Shown: positions 9,724-17,348 of the stretch, in pieces
Position numbering within the stretch: the stretch's first letter is position 1
Layout of the letters: each line of letters begins with the position of its first letter
From: Armatimonadota bacterium
GTDB taxonomy: Bacteria > Armatimonadota > Fimbriimonadia > Fimbriimonadales > Fimbriimonadaceae
Direction of reading: 5' to 3'
NCBI GenBank assembly: GCA_031400935.1
Contig: JANNQV010000027.1
Location: 62,001-126,000, forward strand
DNA length: 64,000 nucleotides
Position numbers and translations under genes: made by a program
Notes under the pieces: generated by a model
The model's input: only the letters and a program-made list of their open reading frames with translations
The model's database searches: none
Told to the model about the DNA's origin: nothing

Positions 9724-10889
9724 GATGCCAGCCTCCAAGGGAAAAATGTGAATTCTGCAATCGTTGATTTGCTGTGTAATCCTGGAGCGAGGCGAAGCAG
9801 CCCATCTGAATCGCCAAAGCCCGAAAGCGAATGGGAGCCAACATTCCCCTTCACTAAAGCCTCTAAGTCAGCTTTCCAATCAAGCAAGGCAGGGATGAAC
9901 AGTTCGCGGTCACCCTTAACCTCAAAATCGTTGCCAAGTGGGACCGAAATCACTCTTTGCTTGTACCCAAGATAGGGCGCGGCGAACAACAAGAAGGTGG
10001 TGATTGCCGACATCGGGTTTCCTGGCAGGCCAATCCATGCGTGGCCCGAAGGCAAAAGTCCAAACGAAACTGGCCTTCCGGGTTTCATCGAGACTTTAGA
10101 AAACAGGATTTCAAAACCAGCCTTGCTAGTAGCAAACTTCACATAGTCACGCTCTCCAACCGAAACGCCGCCAATTGTCAGCAATAGGTCGCAAGAAAGG
10201 GACAGTTTCTGAACTGCTTCAAAAGTCTCTAACTTGGAATCTTTACATCGAACGATCTCAGGAATAATCCCAAAGGAGTTAAGAATGGAAGCGATGGCAA
10301 ACGAATTGGACTCGTAGATTTGGCCAGGCAACAGATCCAACCCAGGCTGAACCAACTCATCACCAGTGACCACAATTCCAACTTTTGGTAGGGCTCTAAC
10401 AGCGACACTGCTGAGTCCTAAAGCGGCGATTTCGCCAATTGTCACCGAGCGAATTGTGTCGCCAACTGACAATATTTTGGTTCCAGCTTGATAGTCCTCG
10501 CCCACTTTTCTAATGCCGCTGCCCGGTTCCGGGCAGCATGTAGCAGTTAATTTGTCGTTCGTCGTAACTGCGTCTTCTTGCATCAGAATCGCTTCAGTGC
10601 CTTTGGGAATCCTTGCGCCAGTGAAAATCTGCATGGCTTCATCGCTTGCGATGCAATGCTCGCCGGTATCTCCAGCAGGAATGCACCCGACAAGTTGCCA
10701 ATGGCTCCGCTGAGCCGAACCTAAGGCAAAGCCATCCACGGCGCTGTTGTCGAATGAAGGAGAAGGATATCTGGCAACCAAGTCTTTGGCGAGAACTCTG
10801 CCCCAGCACTCAGCGATTGGCACCGTTTCAGTCTTTGGCTGAAAACTATGCCTCAAAACAATCTCAAGCGCTTCATCAAACGAAATCAC
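9720..10889 (-). CDS. moeA: Molybdopterin molybdotransferase
   Basis: PSFDNSAVDGFA, IFTGARIP, TGDEL, GQIYESN, GGVSVGERDYV, MKPGRP, GLPGNP. Confidence 0.95.
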   Translation of the reverse strand: MISFDEALEIVLRHSFQPKTETVPIAECWGRVLAKDLVARYPSPSFDNSAVDGFALGSAQRSHWQLVGCIPAGDTGEHCIASDEAMQIFTGARIPKGTEAILMQEDAVTTNDKLTATCCPEPGSGIRKVGEDYQAGTKILSVGDTIRSVTIGEIAALGLSSVAVRALPKVGIVVTGDELVQPGLDLLPGQIYESNSFAIASILNSFGIIPEIVRCKDSKLETFEAVQKLSLSCDLLLTIGGVSVGERDYVKFATSKAGFEILFSKVSMKPGRPVSFGLLPSGHAWIGLPGNPMSAITTFLLFAAPYLGYKQRVISVPLGNDFEVKGDRELFIPALLDWKADLEALVKGNVGSHSLSGFGDSDGLLRLAPGLHSKSTIAEFTFFPWRLAS

Positions 10890-11788
10890 GAATGCCCTTC
10901 CCCTCTAAGCATTGCTTGGGCGTGCAGCAGCCCTGGGAAGAGCGCGACCAAAGCATCTTCACACGCCGCTGGCGAACCGGGAATGGCCAAAACGATGGTG
11001 GAACCAATGATTCCTGCAACTGACCGGCTAAAGTGCGCCGTCGGAATTCGGTCTTGGCCGTACCTTCTCAGAGTTTCGGAAATTCCTGGAAGTTCAAGGT
11101 CAAAAAGAGGAGAGATTGCTTCAGGAGTTCGGTCGCGAGGGCTAATTCCCGTGCCACCAGTTACGAGCACGATGTTCGTAGCCGCACTGACCAATTCTTG
11201 AACAGCCTTTTGAATCTGATCATGGTCGTCACCTACCACCGTTTTTGCTACCGATGCGGCCCCGAGACTTTCAAGACCGACCTTGAGAATCCCTCCTGAT
11301 TTGTCTTCAAAAGTCCCTGCCGAAACTCGGTCAGAAACCACGATTACCCCAGCGGTCCATCCGGAATCAGAAACAAAATCGCTTTTGCCACCCCGCTTTT
11401 CGATGAGTCGAATTCCGACAATTTCCATGTCGTCATCAAACATCTTCAGCATGTCGTATAGGTTCAAAACGGCAGCAGAAGCCGCAGTTAGGGCTTCCAT
11501 TTCGACACCCGTTTTTGCAACGCTGACAACTTCGACCGTTACAATAATTCGGTCGGATTGAAGCTCGAATTTTACGTCCACGAATTCAATTGGAATTGGG
11601 TGGCAATAGGGAATCCAATCGGTCGTTCTCTTTGCTGCCATGACCGCTGCAACCTTTGAAACAGGAAGTGGATCGCCCTTTGGAACCGTACCATCCCGAA
11701 TCGCAGTTAGCGTCGCAGGAGAGGCCGTAAGCTCGGCGCGGGCAATGGCAGATCGCCGAGTTGTGACCTTATGAGAGACATTTCTCAA
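10886..11788 (-). CDS. moaCB: Bifunctional MoaC / MogA-MoaB fusion
   Basis: N-terminal KGD...AAKRT..IPYCHPI, KTGVEMEAL, YDMLK. C-terminal VSDR...DKSG, TGGTGISPRDRTPEA, PGSP. TTG start overlaps the moaA stop. Confidence 0.92.
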   Translation of the reverse strand: MRNVSHKVTTRRSAIARAELTASPATLTAIRDGTVPKGDPLPVSKVAAVMAAKRTTDWIPYCHPIPIEFVDVKFELQSDRIIVTVEVVSVAKTGVEMEALTAASAAVLNLYDMLKMFDDDMEIVGIRLIEKRGGKSDFVSDSGWTAGVIVVSDRVSAGTFEDKSGGILKVGLESLGAASVAKTVVGDDHDQIQKAVQELVSAATNIVLVTGGTGISPRDRTPEAISPLFDLELPGISETLRRYGQDRIPTAHFSRSVAGIIGSTIVLAIPGSPAACEDALVALFPGLLHAQAMLRGEGHS

Positions 11789-12792
11789 CCGCCGATCTCC
11801 ACCATGGCAAGTGTATCCAGCTGCCGCCACGTATTCATTGGGGGATGCCCGGCCCATTTGGTAAATAGATCGGTGCGAATCGTTCGCGCCAATTCATCAT
11901 CAGAAGAGCCGTCTCTCATCATGTCACGAAGGCTCGATTTCGGCGGAAGGAATAGGCAAGTTTTCAATTGGCCGTCGGAAGTTAGGCGAATTCTGTTGCA
12001 ACCATCGCAAAAGGAATCTGTGACGCTGGTAACAAACCCGACTTTGCCTTGAAAGCCATCTATTCTGAAATCTTTCGCGACGTCTGTTGGTTGCCCCTCC
12101 AATGGAATCAATTTGTATTTAGTTTCAATGATGTTTCGCATTTCAAGGTAGCTAATGACCCGATCTGCCTTCCATTCATTACCCAAAAATGGCATGAATT
12201 CGATAAAACGAACTTGGATTGGCTTGTCTTCGACAAATTCCACGAAGTCCAGAATTTCGTCGTCGTTCACACCGCTCAATGCGACCACGTTCAACTTTAT
12301 TGAATCGAATCCGGCATTGATCGCAGACTTTATTCCTGCCAAAACGCGATCAAATTCGTCCCTTCTCGTGATCTGCTCGAAACGATCTTTCCGAAGCGTG
12401 TCGAGGCTGATATTGATGCCAGTCAGTCCATTTTGCTTGAGTTTTTCAGCATGAAGCGAAAGTGAGCTTCCATTGGTTGTCATCAGGATTCTCTCGATGC
12501 CGGGAATGCTTTTCAAGGTTCCAATTAGCTCTACATATCCCTTGCGAACTGTCGGCTCGCCTCCAGTCAATCGAATCTTGTTAGTGCCGAGCCGGGCGAA
12601 AACACGGGCAAGCCGTTCAATCTCTTCGAGCGACAAGATTTGAGATCTTTCTTGCCATTTCACTCCATCTTCCGGCATGCAATAGACGCACCTGAAATTG
12701 CATCGGTCGGTCAGCGAAATGCGAAGGTAATCGTGCTTTCGCCCGAATCTGTCGATCAATGGCTCCCATGAAGAATGGGAAAGGTCTGTCAT
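11785..12792 (-). CDS. moaA: GTP 3',8-cyclase (radical SAM)
   Basis: LRISLTDRCNFRCVYCMP, RLTGGEP, CDGCNRIRLT.DG.LKTC, C-terminal IGG. Confidence 0.97.
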   Translation of the reverse strand: MTDLSHSSWEPLIDRFGRKHDYLRISLTDRCNFRCVYCMPEDGVKWQERSQILSLEEIERLARVFARLGTNKIRLTGGEPTVRKGYVELIGTLKSIPGIERILMTTNGSSLSLHAEKLKQNGLTGINISLDTLRKDRFEQITRRDEFDRVLAGIKSAINAGFDSIKLNVVALSGVNDDEILDFVEFVEDKPIQVRFIEFMPFLGNEWKADRVISYLEMRNIIETKYKLIPLEGQPTDVAKDFRIDGFQGKVGFVTSVTDSFCDGCNRIRLTSDGQLKTCLFLPPKSSLRDMMRDGSSDDELARTIRTDLFTKWAGHPPMNTWRQLDTLAMVEIGG

Positions 12793-12908
12793 CTATCTAG
12801 ATTGTATCGTATGGATTCGAACGAAGGGTATGAGGTAGGTCATAACTCCGCAAAAACACCCCGAAGAACCACGATGGATTGACTAGCGCTTCTATGCCGC
12901 CCGGCGAC

Positions 12909-13012
12909 ATGACCCTAACGGGCATGAAGAAACATATAGGGGTCCTGGAGCCAGCGGGGCTCGTCACCAACGGAGAAGGTCGGGCGCTTGCGGACCTGCA
13001 AACTCGGGCTGC
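12909..13012 (+). pseudogene. Degenerate partial duplicate of the ArsR gene (HTH part)
   Basis: Near copy of 13204-13306 (MTLTGMKKHIGVLEPAGLV...) with a 1-nt frameshift. Confidence 0.85.
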
Positions 13013-13077
13013 GCAACTTGAACACTCCAATAACAATTGCAATTCCGCCTCTCTGTTGGTATACGCTGAACCGCATA

Positions 13078-13362
13078 GTGCAGTATAGTCAAGCCCGCTT
13101 TGATGCCTTGTTCGGCGCTCTCTCGGACGCCACCCGACGCGGCGTTCTGAAGCAACTCGGGCGTGCAGACGCTTCGATCACAGCCCTTGCCGAGAGGTTT
13201 CATATGACCCTTACTGGCATGAAGAAACATGTAGGGGTCCTGGAGCAAGCGGGGCTCGTCAGCACCGAGAAGGTCGGGCGCGTGCGGACCTGCAAGCTCG
13301 GGCTGCCCAGACTGGAAGAAGAAGCGGCGTGGATCGAGAGGTATCGCCAGCTCTGGGCCTAA
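13078..13362 (+). CDS. ArsR/SmtB-family regulator, probably prematurely terminated
   Basis: FGALSDATRRGVL...LAERFHMTLTGMKKHVGVLEQAGLV.TEKVGRVRTC. The helical C-terminus RFEELDIVVEEMK continues in frame after TAA. Confidence 0.8.
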   Translation: MQYSQARFDALFGALSDATRRGVLKQLGRADASITALAERFHMTLTGMKKHVGVLEQAGLVSTEKVGRVRTCKLGLPRLEEEAAWIERYRQLWA

Positions 13363-13416
13363 CGCTTTGAAGAGTTGGACATCGTTGTCGAGGAAATGAA
13401 ACAGAAGGAGAAACAA

Positions 13417-13992
13417 ATGGAAGTTAGTAGAGAGAGTGACGCCACGCCGACGAAGAACCCCACGACGGATTTCCCGTTGAGTGAGATTGAGGCGTTCGAG
13501 CACTCTATCTGCGGATACACGGGCGGAATCATCCGCAGAGCACGGGAGATACCCGAGGAAAAGTGGAACTGGAGCTTCTCCGAGCGCACGCCTACTGCCC
13601 GTGAGATATGCGAGCATGCGTGGATGTGGCTGCGGAGCGATCGGCAGGAGATAACAGTGCTCGACCCTGCACGCCAGGAGGCCATTCCAGATCCTCCTCA
13701 GCACCGCGTCCAGATGCTGGATTTGCTCGAAAGCGAGAAGGAGGCGTGGCGGGAGCTCATCCAAACCGTAAAGGCACCTTTGATGGATGAACTCAGAACC
13801 AGCCCAGACGGCTATAGCCGATCCGTTCGAGGCTATCTGTTCCACATGTCGCAACACATCGTCAGCAAGAGCGGCCAAATGACCATGCTTCATTTCGAGC
13901 TCGGCCTCGATGGAGGCGAACCCTATGATGCTCCGCACCCGAACCGCGTCTACGGCTTCGGCTCTCCTGCCTGGCCCGCACCAAGGAACTGA
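13417..13992 (+). CDS. DinB/YfiT-like four-helix-bundle protein (start uncertain, possibly chimeric N-terminus)
   Basis: [23 protein letters not shown]...[15 protein letters not shown]. Confidence 0.7.
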   Translation: MEVSRESDATPTKNPTTDFPLSEIEAFEHSICGYTGGIIRRAREIPEEKWNWSFSERTPTAREICEHAWMWLRSDRQEITVLDPARQEAIPDPPQHRVQMLDLLESEKEAWRELIQTVKAPLMDELRTSPDGYSRSVRGYLFHMSQHIVSKSGQMTMLHFELGLDGGEPYDAPHPNRVYGFGSPAWPAPRN

Positions 13993-14191
13993 GCAAGTGC
14001 CAGGGATATCGTTTGGACTTCACAAAACGTGTGCCACGGTCAAGCAATTGGTGGGCGGGATATCTTGGACTCTCCATCCAACGGGTGCCACGGCCAAACG
14101 ACACGCCATCTATTCGAATGCCGATTGCATTTCTGAGTTTGACCGAGCTTATTGCCCAATTCTACTCAGGTCTAACTTGATCACTGCCTTG

Positions 14192-14218
14192 CTCGTTCCT
14201 CGCAAGACAGTGGCACCC
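14192..14218. repeat. Dispersed 27-bp REP/MITE-like repeat, copy 1
   Basis: CTCGTTCCTCGCAAGACAGTGGCACCC, 24/27 identical to 27525-27551. Confidence 0.75.
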
Positions 14219-14244
14219 ACAAAATGGAATTACAACTTAGCCCG

Positions 14245-14353
14245 GTCACCCGTCCGATTGGCCATCTTGCCCGACACCACCCACGTTACACTGATGCAGC
14301 GCATACCCATCATCGTCCCAATGGTGAACAACTTTCTCGACGCCAAGCCGTAG
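14245..14353 (+). pseudogene. C-terminal fragment of an alpha/beta hydrolase
   Basis: [32 protein letters not shown] resembles the catalytic-His region and end of a/b hydrolases; no intact upstream frame. Confidence 0.55.
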
Positions 14354-14450
14354 CCGTGCTACGGCTCGCGCCGAAAACCGAAAGCGAAATTCGTACAGCA
14401 GTCAACACTGCCAAAAATCATGCATTTCACACAGACTCACACCCGAAGTT

Positions 14451-14525
14451 TGGTGGGCGGTACAGGATTTGAACCTGCGACCCCTTCGGTGTGAACGAAG
14501 TGCTCTACCACTGAGCTAACCGCCC
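14451..14525 (-). tRNA. tRNA-Val(CAC)
   Basis: Reverse complement GGGCGGTTAGCTCAGTGGTAGAGCACTTCGTT-CAC-ACCGAAGGGGTCGCAGGTTCAAATCCTGTACCGCCCACCA forms a full cloverleaf with CCA. Confidence 0.97.
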
Positions 14526-14610
14526 ATTTCTTCATTTTGGCTGGGGGTGGCTGGGAATTGCTGGGATTGGTGAGAGTAGTCGGCAAGTTGTTTGCAACTT
14601 GAAATGTCAC

Positions 14611-15579
14611 TTACGCCATTCCAGAAGAAAATTGGGCAGCCTCTATGGGCATCTTTTCTAGGTATTTGGCAACGCCATTTGCGAGTGAAGAGAACTCTCT
14701 TTCGTAACCTAATTGCCGCAATTTTTCTAAACTTGCCCGCGTATTGAACTGATACTTGTCCTTTAACGATTCTGGAAAATCGAAGTACTCGATCTTGCCC
14801 TTTCCAAGATGAAGAATAACTGCATTCGCCAGGTCGTTCCAACTGCTCGAAACTCCTGTACCCGCGTTAACAACCGTCTTTGTGACCCGCCCGCGCAAAA
14901 AGTGCAAATTCATCTCAACCAGATCGTCCACGTACACAAAATCCCTGGTTTGTTCGCCAGGGCCATATTTGCCGATTCCTCCAAAAAGCCTTGCCACGCC
15001 AGTATCTCGAACCTGATTGGCTAACTGGAAAACCATTGATGACATTTTGCCTTTGTGGGCTTCGCCGTTGCCGTACACATTAAAGTATCGCAGCCCGACA
15101 ATCGTGCTTTCCGATTGACTGAATAGGCGCATTGCGTATTGATCAAAGAGCAATTTTGAATAGCCGTAAATGTTCAATGGAGCCTCGTCGCCGGCGTCTT
15201 CGCGAGCAACTTCGCTGTGCCCGTAAACTGCCGCACTGGAAGCGCAGATCATTGGTATTTTATGGTCAATCGCGAAATGGAGAAGCGATTTTGAATACTC
15301 GAAATTATTTCGCATCATGTATTCGCCATCGTATTCGAGCGTGTCGGTGCAAGCGCCTTGGTGGAGGATCGCCCGGACGCCTTGAAAATTTCCAGCTACC
15401 AAGAGGGGCAGAAACTCGTTTTTTGGAATGAAGTCTCGGAACCTCTTTCCAACCAGATTTCGATATTTGTCGGAGTTCGTAAGGTTGTCTACGACGAGAA
15501 TGTCGTCTTCGCCATCTTGATTCAAGCGTTCCAAGATGTTGCTTCCAATGAATCCGGCTCCACCGGTAAGAATAATCAT
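14611..15579 (-). CDS. hldD: ADP-L-glycero-D-manno-heptose 6-epimerase
   Basis: MIILTGGAGFIGSN, HQGACTDT, ASSAAVYG, PLNIYGYSK, LRYFNVYG..E.HKGKM, RDFVYVDD. Confidence 0.95.
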   Translation of the reverse strand: MIILTGGAGFIGSNILERLNQDGEDDILVVDNLTNSDKYRNLVGKRFRDFIPKNEFLPLLVAGNFQGVRAILHQGACTDTLEYDGEYMMRNNFEYSKSLLHFAIDHKIPMICASSAAVYGHSEVAREDAGDEAPLNIYGYSKLLFDQYAMRLFSQSESTIVGLRYFNVYGNGEAHKGKMSSMVFQLANQVRDTGVARLFGGIGKYGPGEQTRDFVYVDDLVEMNLHFLRGRVTKTVVNAGTGVSSSWNDLANAVILHLGKGKIEYFDFPESLKDKYQFNTRASLEKLRQLGYEREFSSLANGVAKYLEKMPIEAAQFSSGMA

Positions 15580-15661
15580 GTTTTGTGATTGCGAGATTAC
15601 CCATCTTGAGCTCCAGTGCCCTTGACGTTTATGGCTCAATCCAGGTTAAATGTTTACCTAA

Positions 15662-15690
15662 CGTGGGGGTATAGCTCAGCTAGGAGAGCG
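15662..15690 (+). repeat. Duplicated 5' portion of tRNA-Ala
   Basis: CGTGGGGGTATAGCTCAGCTAGGAGAGCG vs CGTGGGGGTATAGCTCAGCTGGGAGAGCG at 15745-15773 (1 mismatch). Confidence 0.9.
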
Positions 15691-15747
15691 TCCCGCACTA
15701 GCTTCGCGACGGTCAGGTCGTCATCCAGATAATCTTATGAACATCGT

Positions 15748-15823
<76 letters not shown>

Positions 15824-15916
15824 AATTTGACAGGCGTCTTTGCAGCACTATTGCCGTCCAAAAACCTGACAATACAACCGGATTCTGCCAGGATTCTCTA
15901 GATTCGTGGGAAGGTT

Positions 15917-16705
15917 GTGATACAGTACTATATGCGCTCGTTACTGACCCTTTCGGTATTTGGAATCTTGTGCCAGATTTCTACCGCCACGCCACTTGCT
16001 TGGATTTTGAACACCAACACAACGATAGATGTTGTAAACGTCGCTACGAACGGGAGCGCACCAGCGGGCACCACACCATTTATTTCCCAAAGCTTAGCTC
16101 GGACGCCTTCTGGCAACCTGATTTCGGCTGGCCCGAACGGAGCGTTGTGGGACGTTACTGGAGGTCCGATCCCAGTTGGAGCAACAGGGCGAACACAAAT
16201 CGGAGATCTTGATTACGGATCGGGCGGTTTGTGGGGTTACAGCAACGCATCTCAGGAACTGTTTTTCTTTGATTTGACCCTCCTTACAGTCACCTACGCT
16301 CAAGTGATCTCTATGCCAAGCACAATAACCGTTGAAGGCGTCGCGTTCCAACAATCTACGGGTGATATCTTTTTGAGTGTCCATGCTGGTCTAAACACAG
16401 ACCGCCTACTGCACGTCGCAGCATCTGCAACATCAGCTACTCTTGTCGGACCCATGGCCAATGGCGACGCCTTTAGCTACTTCAGCGATATTGACTTTGA
16501 TTCTACGGGGACGCTGTATGCAGTTAGTTTCTTTCACAGATACTTCTACACGGTTTCAACGGCGAATGCTGCTACTTCGTTCGTCAGTTCAGGCCCACAC
16601 AAGGATACGACCGGAATGGCTCTTGATCCTGTTCCTGAGCCGACAACAATCGCAATTGTTGGTTTGGGAATGCTGGCAATTCGTCGAAAGAAGCAACACT
16701 CTTGA
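15917..16705 (+). CDS. PEP-CTERM surface protein, probable beta-propeller repeats
   Basis: Signal peptide; repeats IGDLDY/VEGVAF/FSDIDF; C-terminal VPEPTTIAIVGLGMLAIRRKK. Confidence 0.9.
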   Translation: MIQYYMRSLLTLSVFGILCQISTATPLAWILNTNTTIDVVNVATNGSAPAGTTPFISQSLARTPSGNLISAGPNGALWDVTGGPIPVGATGRTQIGDLDYGSGGLWGYSNASQELFFFDLTLLTVTYAQVISMPSTITVEGVAFQQSTGDIFLSVHAGLNTDRLLHVAASATSATLVGPMANGDAFSYFSDIDFDSTGTLYAVSFFHRYFYTVSTANAATSFVSSGPHKDTTGMALDPVPEPTTIAIVGLGMLAIRRKKQHS

Positions 16706-16719
16706 ACGACCTGTTTGGT

Positions 16720-17337
16720 TTTGTGACAAAGCTTACGATATTCGTTGCGGAACAGAATGCGACCCCGTCTGCATATTTCCAACAGCTCATGAGAGTTCAC
16801 GAGAGCTACGCTCAATCCATCTCAAGAAATCTGATGATCCAGCTTAGCAGCCACGACACGCCCCGAATTCTCAATCTATGCTAAGGGAACAAGAATTTGG
16901 CGATGCTTGCAGCAACGCTTCAACTCACATGGGTCGGTTCGCCTTCTATCTACTACGGCGACGAAATCGGTATGATGGGCGGAGTTGATCCTGAAAACAG
17001 GCGCGGGATGAATTGGGAATCAGCAATCTCCCTCAATCCAGTTTTGAAGCATTACAAAGCTCTCATTTCTGCACGAAATCGTTCCAAAGCATTGCAAATG
17101 GGCGAGCCGAAGCTGCTTATGGCTGATGATGCAAGAGGAATTCTCGCCTATCAAAGGTCGCATGGCAATGAGTCCGCTATTGTTGTCGTGAACCGATCAG
17201 CTGCGAGCGCCACGATCTCATTGTCAAAATTGCCAAAGGGAAATTACTGGAACATTTTCAAGAGAAATTTGCTTAACAAAACAGGTGACAAAGCAATTGT
17301 CACGCTCGGTCCGCGCTCTTCAGCCGTCTATTTGTAA
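16720..17337 (+). pseudogene. GH13 (neopullulanase/cyclomaltodextrinase-like) C-terminal fragment with in-frame stop
   Basis: [58 protein letters not shown]. TAA at 16882-16884; N-terminal catalytic half absent. Confidence 0.85.
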
Positions 17338-17348
17338 TCGGGTGCAAA

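Noticed and set aside
12793..12900. Moco riboswitch upstream of moaA
   Set aside because: No recognisable Moco-motif stems; a -10 box lies 8 nt from the ATG, leaving no leader.
12964..13938. 324-aa minus-strand ORF, and similar alternative-frame ORFs (41281-41910, 41592-42131, 22059-22796)
   Set aside because: Shadow ORFs of real genes, favoured by GC-rich codon bias; no recognisable motifs.
14003..14097. Mini-CRISPR from the two ~41-bp direct repeats
   Set aside because: Only two degenerate copies with a ~13-bp gap; better explained as a duplicated repeat end.
15665..15745. Second tRNA gene
   Set aside because: Only the 5' acceptor strand and D arm are present; no T arm, 3' acceptor strand or CCA.
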